DNA of 64,000 bases from Anaeramoeba ignava BMAN (Eukaryota; Protista; Anaeramoebae). The position numbers and the translations under genes were made by a program. Under the pieces are notes generated by a model that saw only the letters and a list, made by a program, of their open reading frames with translations, searched no databases and was not told the origin of the DNA. The stretch lies in contig JAPDFW010000075.1 of the NCBI GenBank assembly GCA_028826165.1, positions 310,001 to 374,000 of the forward strand. Reading direction: 5' to 3'. Of this stretch, positions 1-10,747 are shown in pieces. Position 1 is the first letter of the stretch, and every line of letters begins with the position of its first letter.

Positions 1-960
1 GAAAATCAATTTCAAAATGAAAATCAATTACAAAATATAAATCAATTTCAAAATATAAATCAATTTCAAAATGAAAATCAATTACAAAATATAAATCAAT
101 TTCAAAATAAAAATCAATTTCAAAACAAAAATCAATTACAAAATGAAAATCAATTTCAAAACAAAAATCAATTTCAAAACAAAAATCAATTTCAAAACAA
201 AAATCAATTACAAAATGAAAATCAATTTCAAAATAAAAATCAATTTCAAAATAAAAATCAATTACAAAACAAAAACCAATTTCAAAATATAAATCAATTT
301 CAAAATGAAAATAAATTTCAAAACAAAAATCAATTTCAAAATGAAAATCAATTTCAAAATAAAAATCAATTTCAAAACAAAAATCAATTTCAAAATATAA
401 ATCAATTTCAAAATGAAAATCAATTTCAAAATAAAAATCAATTTCAAAATAAAAATCAATTTCAAAACAAAAACCAAAATATAAACAAAAATCAAAAACA
501 AAATATAAATCAATTACAAAATAAAAATCAATTACAAAATATAAATCAATTTCAAAATATAAATCAAAATATAAATCAATTTCAAAATGAAAATCAATTA
601 CAAAATAAAAATCAATTTCAAAACAAAAATCAATTTCAAAATGAAAATCAATTTCAAAACAAAAATCAATTACAAAATAAAAATCAATTACAAAATAAAA
701 ATCAATTTCAAAATAAAAATCAATTTGAAAATGAAAATCAATTTCAAAATGAAAATCAATTTCAAAATAAAAATCAATTTCAAAATAAAAACCAATTTGA
801 AAATGAAAATCAATTTCAAAATATAAATCAATTACAAAATAAAAATCAATTTCAAAATATAAATCAATTACAAAATAAAAATCAAAAACAAAATAAAAAT
901 CAATTTCAAAATGAAAATCAAAATGAAAATCAAAATGAAAATCAAAATGAAAATCAAAAT
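1..960 (+). repeat. Coding 18-bp tandem repeat (AATCAATTTCAAAATRAA) encoding NQFQN[K/E/I]
   Basis: About 50 near-identical 18-mers, visible directly in the sequence. Confidence 0.9.
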
Positions 961-1782
961 GAAAACTCGATTTGGAATTCAGAAAATATTAAAAAAATTT
1001 TACAAAATATTTATCAACTTAATAATCAACTAAAAGAACAAATTAAAGTTGAAAATTTTAACAAAGAAAAATGTTTGGAAATAAAACAAAAAATTCAAAA
1101 TCTAAAAAAACCATTTGAAGATTCTAAAAACATAAAGAAATTCCGTAGAAAAATTCTTAAAAGAAGAAGAAATTATCGATGGAAAAAAAAGCAAAAAGAA
1201 AAAATTCAAAATTCTAAAAAATTAGAAAATGAAAAAATTGATTTATGGTTAAAAAAAGAAATGGAAAAAAATAAAAAAGAAGAAATGGAACAAAAACAAA
1301 AAATGGAACAAATAAAAATTCAAAAAAAAGAGAAAAAAATTCAACAAAAAAAACAAAAAGAAAATGAAATATTTTCAAAATTATTACAATTAAGACAATT
1401 AAGAAGAGAAAAATTAAAAAAAAGAGGACATATTTTTATAGAAGAAGATGATGAATTTATATCAAAATTGCAAAATAAAATCAATGAAGAACAAAATGAA
1501 GAACAAAATGTAGAACAAAAAGTAGAACAAAAAGAAGAAGAACAAATAAATCTCAATATATTTGGTTTTCATAATAAAAATTTAAATTATTTTTATCATG
1601 TTTACACAAAATCTTCTAAATCACTTGATGATTTAAAACAAATTCGAACAGAATGGGATAATTTTTTAAATGATGAAAAAGGAACTCAAATACCAACTCA
1701 TTTTATTGAAGCTCCAAAACCTTCAAATATTTTTTGGAAACAATATTTACTTGAAAATTTTATAGAAAAGAAAAAGGATTAA
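1..1782 (+). CDS. PDCD7: PDCD7 / U11-U12 snRNP 59K-like protein (5' partial; N/Q-rich repeat N-terminus)
   Basis: Frame 1 appears open from base 1 (ENQFQN... repeats) to TAA at 1782. The C-terminus LRQLRREKLKKRGH...FYHVY..S...LDDLKQIRTEWDNFL....GTQIPTHFIEAPKPSNIFWKQYL matches the PDCD7/59K signature (YY.......L..IR.EWD.YL....GS.IP..W..PP.P....W...L). Confidence 0.8.
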   Translation, partial: ENQFQNENQLQNINQFQNINQFQNENQLQNINQFQNKNQFQNKNQLQNENQFQNKNQFQNKNQFQNKNQLQNENQFQNKNQFQNKNQLQNKNQFQNINQFQNENKFQNKNQFQNENQFQNKNQFQNKNQFQNINQFQNENQFQNKNQFQNKNQFQNKNQNINKNQKQNINQLQNKNQLQNINQFQNINQNINQFQNENQLQNKNQFQNKNQFQNENQFQNKNQLQNKNQLQNKNQFQNKNQFENENQFQNENQFQNKNQFQNKNQFENENQFQNINQLQNKNQFQNINQLQNKNQKQNKNQFQNENQNENQNENQNENQNENSIWNSENIKKILQNIYQLNNQLKEQIKVENFNKEKCLEIKQKIQNLKKPFEDSKNIKKFRRKILKRRRNYRWKKKQKEKIQNSKKLENEKIDLWLKKEMEKNKKEEMEQKQKMEQIKIQKKEKKIQQKKQKENEIFSKLLQLRQLRREKLKKRGHIFIEEDDEFISKLQNKINEEQNEEQNVEQKVEQKEEEQINLNIFGFHNKNLNYFYHVYTKSSKSLDDLKQIRTEWDNFLNDEKGTQIPTHFIEAPKPSNIFWKQYLLENFIEKKKD

Positions 1783-1799
1783 ATTGATTAAATTTATTG

Positions 1800-2245
1800 A
1801 TTAAATTTTATTTCAATTTATTGATTAAATTATTTCAAAATTATTTCAAAATTGTTTCAAAGTTATTTCAAAATTGTTTCAAAATTTATTTCAAAATTGT
1901 TTCAAAATTGTTAATTAAAATTGTTTCAAAATTGTTTCAAAATTTATTTCAAAATTTATTTCAAAATTGTTTCAAAATTGTTAATTAAAATTGTTTCAAA
2001 ATTATTTCAAAATTGTTTCAAAATTTATTTCAAAATTATTTCAAAATTATTTCAAAATTATTTCAAAATTATTTCAAAATTGTTTCAAAATTGTTTCAAA
2101 ATTGTTTCAAAATTATTTCAAAATTGTTTCAAAATTTGTTTCAAAATTATTTCAAAATTATTTCAAAGTTATTTTAAAATTATTTCAAAATTATTTCAAA
2201 ATTATTTCAAAATTGTTTTAAAATTGTTTCAAAATTGTTTCAAAA
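1800..2245. repeat. 11-12 bp satellite (TTTCAAAATTG/A)n between convergent gene ends
   Basis: Visible tandem repeat. ORFs 1797-2253 are translations of it. Confidence 0.9.
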
Positions 2246-2249
2246 TTTC

Positions 2250-3770
2250 TTAATTAAAATAACATTCCAATTCATCAATATCCCAATAACCATCTCCTCC
2301 AGCAAAATAATTTTTAGATTCTTTTGAATCTCTTCCAATTCCTTTTGGTAAATTAAAGCAATAACCAAAATTATAAGAACAACCTTTTTGCAAATCAGGA
2401 AAATAAACAGCCAAATCACTATAACCAAAATCAGGACCAAATTTAGAAAGATAATAAATTGCATGTTTTTCTTTTTTTTTGTAAATTGAAAATTTTTGAG
2501 GAGAATCTCCATTTGGATTAACCAAACTGAATAAAAAAGCTTTTGGATCTTTTATATATCTGTAATTTGCTCCTGAAATCCAACCAATTTCTGAATAACC
2601 TCCAAAAATACAATCATTTTTTGTTTTAATAATAAATAAAGTTTTTCCTTTATTATCACAAATATCATGAAAAGAAGCAGCAGAAGGTTCTTTTTTAGCT
2701 GAAAAAGCAAGTTTCATTTTATTGAAAAAAATATCATCATTGATCCATTCTTTTAATTTATAAAAAAATTCCACATTTTGAATAATTTTAGAATTTTGGA
2801 AAGCATGAGAAAAATTATCTTGAAATGACAAGATTTTTTGATTTTTCAAATTATATTTTTTTTGCTCTTTTTTTTGGAATATTCCTAAAATTTCTTTTGC
2901 TTTTCCAAAATTTGATTTGTTTTCAGTTTCAGTTTCATTTTGATTTTGATTTTCATTTTCATTTTGATTTTCATTTTGATTTTCGTTTTCATTTTCATTT
3001 TCAATTTCAATTTCATTTTGAATTCGATTATTGCTATTGTTATTATTGTTATTATTGTTATTATTGTTATTGTTATTATTATTGTTTTGATTTTGATTTT
3101 GATTTTGATTTTGATTTTGATTTTCATTTTCATTTCGATTTTGATTTTGATTTTCATTTTCATTTTCATTTTCATTTCCATTTTGATTTTCATTTCCATT
3201 TTCAGTTTGAATTTGTTTTGCATATTCAAAAACTGTCTGATTTTTTTCCTCAATTTGAATTTTTTGTTCAGATTCAAATTTTGATTTTTCTTTCTTAGAA
3301 AAAAAAGATTTTTTTCCTTTTTTTGATATTTCTTTAACATTTTGATGAAAAGTAGAAATTGCTTTTGATTCTAAAATTTTTGAAAGAAAATCCAATTTGA
3401 AATAATTTGCAGCGTTAAAAAATAAAGGGAAATTTTTTTTTGAAACTTGAGAAATTTCTCCAAAATAAATATATTTTAAAATAAATTCAATAATTTCTTT
3501 ATTAAATTGAAGAAGATGAATTTCTGATTGATTTTCTTGATTAAAAAATGAATGGAAAAATGGAGAACGAACAGATAAAATAACTTTGTGAACTTTAAAT
3601 TCAAAAGAATCTTTATTTCCTTTTACAAAAATTGAAAAATCTTGAAATTGATTTGATGAAAAAATATTTAAAAAATTTTGAAGTAAAAGATTTTGAGATT
3701 TGTTTTTATCTGTAAAAGAAAAAGTTATGAAGTTATTATTATTATTATTATTAGAATTAATTTGATTCAT
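2250..3770 (-). CDS. BTB/POZ + low-complexity linker + TLDc domain protein
   Basis: Likely start MNQINSN at 3770. BTB: FQDFSIFV..FKVHKVILSVRSPFF..ILKYIYFG..AANYFKLD. TLDc: FHDICDNKGKTLFIIKT..IFGGYS..AFLFSL..GPDFG..ELECY. Confidence 0.88.
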   Translation of the reverse strand: MNQINSNNNNNNNFITFSFTDKNKSQNLLLQNFLNIFSSNQFQDFSIFVKGNKDSFEFKVHKVILSVRSPFFHSFFNQENQSEIHLLQFNKEIIEFILKYIYFGEISQVSKKNFPLFFNAANYFKLDFLSKILESKAISTFHQNVKEISKKGKKSFFSKKEKSKFESEQKIQIEEKNQTVFEYAKQIQTENGNENQNGNENENENENQNQNRNENENQNQNQNQNQNQNNNNNNNNNNNNNNNNNSNNRIQNEIEIENENENENQNENQNENENQNQNETETENKSNFGKAKEILGIFQKKEQKKYNLKNQKILSFQDNFSHAFQNSKIIQNVEFFYKLKEWINDDIFFNKMKLAFSAKKEPSAASFHDICDNKGKTLFIIKTKNDCIFGGYSEIGWISGANYRYIKDPKAFLFSLVNPNGDSPQKFSIYKKKEKHAIYYLSKFGPDFGYSDLAVYFPDLQKGCSYNFGYCFNLPKGIGRDSKESKNYFAGGDGYWDIDELECYFN

Positions 3771-3905
3771 TATGAAAAAGAAAAAAATGAAAAAAATGAA
3801 AAAAAAAGAAAAAAAAATTGGAGAAAAATAAAATTGAGAAAAAAAAAAAGTTGGAAAAAATAATTTTTTCATTTTTCTTTTTGAATTTTTTTTTTGAGTT
3901 AACAA

Positions 3906-4118
3906 ATGGATTATCAATATGAATCTTGTCCTATTTGTAGGAATCTTTTGGAAGATGTTTGTCTTGAATGTACGGAAAACAACAAAACAGAAAATTGTCG
4001 AGTTGTTATTGGAAAATGTGGACATCCTTTTCATGAACATTGCATGAATCAATGGCTTGTGTCTCGTTCTTTTTGTCCGTTATGTAATGAAAATTGGGAA
4101 GTTGATCATTATAAATGA
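3906..4118 (+). CDS. Rbx1/Rbx2/Apc11-family RING-H2 protein, lacking the N-terminal cullin-binding strand
   Basis: CPICRN..EDVCLEC...C....GKCGHPFHEHCMNQWL....CPLCN..W follows the Rbx-family pattern. The protein is 70 aa. Confidence 0.85.
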   Translation: MDYQYESCPICRNLLEDVCLECTENNKTENCRVVIGKCGHPFHEHCMNQWLVSRSFCPLCNENWEVDHYK

Positions 4119-4239
4119 AGATTCAAAAGAAAAGAAAAGAAAAAAAAATTTTTTTTTAATTCAGTTCAACTTAATTCAATTTTTTTTCAATTCAATTTTG
4201 ATTTCTTAATTAAACCCGTTTTAAATTCGTTCTAACTTT

Positions 4240-5748
4240 TTTAATTAAATTTGTTTTAAATTTATTAATTAAATTTGTTTTAAATTTGTTTTAAATTTGT
4301 TTTAAATTTATTAATTAAATTTGTTTTAAATTTATTAATTAAATTTGTTTTAAATTTATTAATTAAATTTATTTTAAATTTATTAATTAAATTTGTTTTA
4401 AATTTATTAATTAAATTTGTTTTAAATTTCTTAATTAAATTTGTTAATTAAATTTATTTTAAATTTATTAATTAAATTTGTTTTAAATTTATTAATTAAA
4501 TTTGTTTTAAATTTATTAATTAAATTTGTTTTAAATTTGTTTTAAATTTATTAATTAAATTTGTTTTAAATTTGTTTTAAATTTATTAATTAAATTTGTT
4601 TTAAATTTGTTTTAAATTTATTAATTAAATTTGTTTTAAATTTATTAATTAAATTTGTTTTAAATTTATTAATTAAATTTGTTTTAAATTTATTAATTAA
4701 ATTTGTTTTAAATTTCTTAATTAAATTTATTAATTAAATTTATTAATTAAATTTGTTTTAAATTTATTAATTAAATTTATTTTAAATTTCTTAATTAAAT
4801 TTATTAATTGAATTTATTCCACTTTTTAATTAAATTTGTTTTTAAATTTCTTAATTGAATTTGTTTTAAATTTATTAATTAAATTTATTTTAAATTTGTT
4901 AATTAAATTTGTTTTAAATTTGTTTTAAATTTGTTTTAAATTTATTCCACTTTTTTTAATTAAATTTATTTTAAATTTATTAATTAAATTTGTTTTAAAT
5001 TTGTTTTAAATTTATTTTAAATTTATTAATTAAATTTATTCCACTTTTTTTAATTAAATTTGTTTTAAATTTATTAATTAAATTTGTTTTAAATTTATTA
5101 ATTAAATTTGTTTTTAAATTTGTTTTAAATTTGTTTTAGATTTATTAATTAAATTTGTTTTAAATTTGTTCCACTTTTTTTAATTGAATTTGTTTTAAAT
5201 TTATTAATTAAATTTGTTTTAAATTTATTAATTAAATTTGTTTTAAATTTATTAATTAAATTTATTAATTAAATTTATTAATTAAATTTGTTCCACTTTT
5301 TTTAATTGAATTTGTTTTAAATTTATTAATTGAATTTGTTTTAAATTTATTAATTGAATTTGTTTTAAATTTATTAATTAAATTTGTTTTAGATTTATTA
5401 CTTAAATTTGTTTTAAATTTATTAATTAAATTTGTTCCACTTTTATTAATTGAATTTGTTTTAAATTTCTTAATTAAATTTGTTTTAAATTTATTAATTA
5501 AATTTGTTTTAAATTTATTAATTAAATTTGTTTTAAATTTTTTAATTAAATTTATTTTAAATTTGTTCCACTTTTTTTAATTGAATTTGTTTTAAATTTA
5601 TTAATTAAATTTGTTTTAAATTTATTAATTAAATTTATTAATTAAATTTATTCCACTTTTTTTAATTAAATTTGTTTTAAATTTTTTAATTAAATTTGTT
5701 TTAGATTTTTTAATTAAATTTGTTTTAAATTTTTTAATTAAATTTATT
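4240..5748. repeat. AT satellite (TTAATTAAATTTGTTTTAAATTTA)n with interspersed TTCCACTTTT; resumes at 6853-6975
   Basis: Visible. The same unit lies on both sides of the 5753-6848 insertion. Confidence 0.9.
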
Positions 5749-5752
5749 TTAA

Positions 5753-6848
5753 GGGGCGAGTTTGAAAATCAAAAAAAACAACAAAAAAAATTTTTCGCTA
5801 AGAAAATTTTTTTTTCACAAATACTCCTGATACTCGCTCTTCTTTCTCAATAAAGATTGATTGAAAAAAAAATTTGTTTTTTTGTTATTTATTATTATGT
5901 TCTTATTGATTTTTTTGATTAAAATAATCTTGTTTTTTTTTGCTCTTCTTCTTTTCTCTTTTTTCTTCCTCTCTTTCAATTTTTTTTTTTAATTCTTCTT
6001 CTAAAGGAAGGTTTAATGCCTCGAGCATATCAGGAATATATGAGAATCCTCGATTCCATTTTAAGACTGAAACCCTATTTGAAGGTTATAATATTTCCAA
6101 AAATTACCAGCTTTAAGCGCGAATTTGTTAATCAAACGATTGAAGCTCTCATTAAACGTTGTTGTATATTAATGCACGATCTTTTTGCCAATTGATTGAA
6201 TGAATTCTCCTAATTTCACTTGTAAGAACTTTTGGGGCGATTGACGAACTGAGTTTGGAGAGAGATTTGACTTTTCCTGTTTCTCTTTTTCCTCATTGAG
6301 AAGGTTTTTTTTTCTTTTGGGTACATTTCAAATTCGATCTCCATTGCCAATTCCGTGTGTGAAGAATTTTTTTTTTGGTTTTTCTCATTTTTGATCAAAT
6401 CAATTGATTTTTCCCTTTTTGTGATCTTTTGGAAGATCTTTTTTCTTCCTTTTTTCTTTTCATCTTCAATTAGTTCATTCATTTTTTTTCCTTATAAATT
6501 TTTATTTGATTTGATTTGATGAATATTTATGAGATATTTCTGTTTCAAACAGAAAAATTTTAAAATAATTAACAGAAAAAAAAATTTTTCTTTTCTTATT
6601 GATCACACTTATATCCGATCGGATATGAGTCAGAAAAAAAAAAATACTTTCACAGTTCGATTTTGATAACATGCAGTGCATAGTGGAAATTTATTTTTAT
6701 ATTTCTTGAATTGAGAACTCTTCATTGAACCACAAAAAAAGCATTTAGTTCGTTTTATCGAGAACATTTGAAAAAAAATAAGAATGACAATGAAAATGAT
6801 AATTAAAATTTTATCTTTTATTTTTTTTTGTTAAACTAAACTCCAGCC
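5753..6848 (-). mobile_element. Internally deleted Kolobok-type DNA transposon with TTAA target-site duplication
   Basis: TTAA at 5749-5752 and 6849-6852. Termini GG...CC with imperfect TIRs (GGGGCGAGTTT / GGCTGGAGTTT on the opposite strand, each followed by CAAAAAAAA). Removing the element restores the satellite. Minus-strand relic KKIVH*YTTTFNESFNRLINKFALKAGNFWKYY...VLKWNRG fits the Kolobok (PF20700-like) T..xESFx...K..K...F..Y.......L.WN region. Confidence 0.8.
5790..6767 (-). pseudogene. Degenerate transposase gene: GATA-like zinc-finger exon (6767-6648), intron (6647-6540), K-rich segment, C-terminal DDE-region relic
   Basis: Exon 1 is MFSIKRTKCFFCGSMKSSQFKKYKNKFPLCTACYQNRTVK. The GTATTT...AAACAG intron joins it in frame to ORF 6482-6216 with one intervening TAA. 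Further stops and frameshifts lie downstream. Confidence 0.7.
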
Positions 6849-7087
6849 TTAAATTTATTAATTAAATTTGTTCCACTTTTTTTAATTAAATTTGTTCCAC
6901 TTTTTTTAATTGAATTTGTTTTGAATTTATTAATTAAATTTATTTTAAATTTGTTTTAAATTTGTTTTAGATTTTTTTTATTAGTTTTGTTTTTCTTTCG
7001 TTTTGTAAAAAAAAAAGAAGAAGAAGAAAAAGAAAAAGAAGAAGAAAGAAAGAAAGAAAAGAAAGAAAGAAAAGAAAGAAAGAAAAA

Positions 7088-10000
7088 TCAAATATTTCTT
7101 TGTTTAGTAGAAGATTTCTGAATTTCCTTATTAATCAAATGACTAGTTGATTCAATCAAAGAAGAAAGAGTATTAATTTGAGTTGACCATTCTTGGATAA
7201 TTTGAGTAGGTTCTTTTTTCTTAATAAAAGAAACATTGCCAAGCAAACGGTCAATTTTTGCAAATACTGTTTTTGAAGAGACAAGATCTGCCAAATGACG
7301 CTCGGCTTCATCAGTGTTCAAACACAATAATTCGCCAAGTCTTTTAAGTGTGATTCGTGAATAATATTTCTCAATAATTCTGATATTATGCTGAATTAAT
7401 CGCAGACGCAGTGTTTCCCATTCCTTGCCTTTTTCGCCTTCTTTGAAAATGGGATGATGAAGTAATTCTTCTGCGAATTTTTGGGTCAGCAATTGCCAAT
7501 CACAAATTTCATCGGTTAAAAATGATTTGAGTAAATTTTTCAAAGAAATTCCTTCCAAGTTATTTTTCTCCTGATAAATCCGATTTGCAATGTCAAATTG
7601 CTCAACGGAATGGGGGGATAAAATGGCATATATTATCATGTAACTGATTGCTGCTTTCCATTTTTGATCGTCTTTTTGGACGATCTCAGTGTTGTAAATA
7701 TCGTAAAATGCTCGGCAATTTTCAAGGTAATTATGATAATGTGAGTAGTATTCAGACATCAATTCGTAGAAGCGGATCTTGAGCTCCTGAATTGTGTCAT
7801 CTTCTAGTGATTTGCGAGTGATTTTTCTTGATATTATCATTGCTTTTGGGAAATCATTAATTTTCAAGCACAATCTAATTTGCTCCAAAATAAACTCGAT
7901 TTTTTCCTTTTTGGTCATTGCTCCAAATGTCTCGACTTGAAGATCTTGAAGCATCTCAGCTGCCTCTTCAACGTTTCCTTCTTCCTCCTTGATTTTTGCA
8001 TAGATCAGAGTCACAGTGGCTCGTTCAACTTCAACGTGAATTTTTCCTTCAGTTACTGTTCTTAATGTTTGAATTAATTCTATTTTTGTCTCTTTATCTG
8101 GTGTTCGATCTATTAAATTAATTGCTGCTTGGCATATTTTTTGTACTACTACTTTGCTTTGACTCCGTTTTTTGGATAGTATTTGTAGATTCTCGTTAAG
8201 TAACTTCCAGTTCTTTGTTAAATAAGATAACTCAATGATTTCAAGTGCTATTCTTGATGTTGCTGTTGCTTGCTCAGCCTATTCACATTAATTTTATTTA
8301 TTTAGAATTTAATTTATTTAGAAATTTATAATTTAATTTATTTTTAATTTATAATTTTATTTATAATTTTATTTATAATTTAATTTATAATTTTATTTAT
8401 AATTTTATTTATAATTTCATTTATAATTTTATTTATATTTTTATTTATAATTTAATTTATAATTTAATTTATAATTTTATTTATAATTTTATTTATAATT
8501 TTATTTATATTTTTATTTATTTAGAAATTTATAATTTAATTTATAATTTAATTTATAATTTAATTTATAATTTAATTTATAATTTAATTTATAATTTTAT
8601 TTATAATTTAATTTATAATTTTATTTATAATTTTATTTATAATTTTATTTATAATTTAATTTATAATTTTATTTATAATTTAATTTATAATTTTATTTAT
8701 AATTTAATTTATAATTTTATTTATAATTTTATTTATAATTTTATTTATAATTTAATTTATAATTTAATTTATAATTTAATTTATAATTTAATTTATAATT
8801 TTATTTATAATTTTATTTATAATTTTATTTATAATTTAATTTATAATTTAATTTATAATTTTATTTATAATTTTATTTATAATTTTATTTATAATTTAAT
8901 TTATTATTTTATTTATAATTTTATTTATAATTTAATTTATAATTTTATTTATAATTTAATTTATAATTTTATTTATAATTTATTTATAATTTTATTTATA
9001 ATTTAATTTATTATTTAATTTATAATTTTTATTTATAATTTAATTTATAATTTAATTTATAATTTAATTTATAATTTAATTTATAATTTAATTTATAATT
9101 TAATTTATAATTTTATTTATAATTTTAATTTATAATTTTATTTATAATTTAATTTTATTTATAATTTAATTTATAATTTTATTTATAATTTAATTTATAA
9201 TTTTATTTATAATTTTATTTATAATTTTAATTTATAATTTTATTTATAATTTTATTTATAATTTTATTTATAATTTAATAATTTATATTTTTATTTATAA
9301 TTTTATTTATAATTTTATTTATTATTTAATTTATAATTTTATTTTTATTTTTATTTTATTTTATTTATAATTTTATTTATAATTTTATTTATAATTTTAA
9401 TTTATAATTTTATTTATAATTTTTATTTATAATTTTAATTTATAATTTTAATTTTTATTTAATTTATAATTTTAATTTATAATTTTATTTATAATTTAAT
9501 TTATAATTTTAATTTATAATTTTAATTTATAATTTAATTTTATTTATAATTTTATTTATAATTTAATTTATAATTTTATTTATAATTTTAATTTATAATT
9601 TTTATTTATAATTTTATTTATAATTTAATTTTATAATTTAATTTATAATTTTTATTTATAATTTTTATTTATAATTTTATTTATAATTTTATTTATAATT
9701 TTATTTATAATTTAATTTATTATTTTATTTATAATTTTATTTATAATTTTATTTATAATTTTATAATTTATATTTATAATTTTATTTTATAATTTTATTT
9801 ATAATTTAATTTATAATTTTATAATTTATAATTTTTATTTATAATTTAATTTATAATTTTATTTATAATTTTATTTATATTTTTATTTATAATTTTTATT
9901 TATAATTTTATTTTATATTTTTATTTATAATTTAATTTATAATTTTATTTATAATTTTATTTATAATTTTATAATTTAATTTTATAATTTTATTTATAAT

Positions 10001-10502
10001 TTGATTTATAATTTTATTTATAATTTTATTTATAATTTTATTTATAATTTAATTTATAATTTTATTTATAATTTTAATTTATAATTTATTTATAATTTTA
10101 TTTATAATTTTATTTATAATTTTATTTATAATTTTATAATTTTATTTATAATTTTATTTATAATTTTATTTATAATTTAATTTATAATTTAATTTATAAT
10201 TTTATTTATAATTTTATTTATAATTTTATTTATAATTTTATTTATAATTTTATTTATAATTTAATTTATAATTTTATTTATAATTTAATTTATTATTTTA
10301 TTTATAATTTTATTTATAATTTTATTTATAATTTTATTTATATTTTAATTTATAATTTTATTTATAATTTTATTTATACAAGTCTTGATTGTTTTTCAAG
10401 TGCAAAAAGTCCATCTAAAGCAATTGAAAGATTTCCTTGTTTTAAAGCTAAATCTCTAAAATTTGGTATTTCTTGGTCACAAATTTTTTCATAATCAGTC
10501 AT
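7088..10502 (-). CDS. RPN5: 26S proteasome lid subunit Rpn5/PSMD12 (exons 10502-10380, 8278-7088)
   Basis: LFALEKQSRL|AEQ...SKKRSQSK...EGKIHVEVERATVT...LQDLQVETFGAM..KEKIEFILEQIRL...HNIRIIEKYYSRITLKRL (PCI domain). GT-AG intron at 10379-8279. Confidence 0.95.
8300..10377. repeat. Intronic ~12-bp A/T satellite (TTTATAATTTTA/TTTATAATTTAA)n
   Basis: Fills almost all of the 2.1-kb Rpn5 intron. Confidence 0.92.
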
Positions 10503-10747
10503 TTTATTAATTATTTTTTATTATAATTATTTTTATTTTTATTTTTATTTTTTAAAAGGAAAAAGAATGAATGGAAAAAAATGAAAAAAAAAAATGAAAA
10601 AAAAAATAAAAAATAAAAAGGAGAAATATTTATTTTTTTTTTTCTCCTTTTTAATTAATTAATTTTAATTAAAAAATGTTCGTTATTTTTATTCCACTTT
10701 TTTAAATTAAATTAAAATTAAATTTTTCATTTTTTTTTTAAAACAAA

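Noticed and set aside
3771-4052. N-terminal 94 aa of ORF 2250-4052
   Set aside because: It overlaps the RING gene antisense and a poly-T promoter. The real start is more likely ATG 3770.
6160-6500. TAA reassigned to Gln (in-frame TAAs in the transposon relic and the ankyrin leaders)
   Set aside because: Conserved genes (eS30, RasGEF, beta-adaptin, VPS9) end at TAA, and long Gln-rich ORFs contain no in-frame TAA. These are nonsense mutations.
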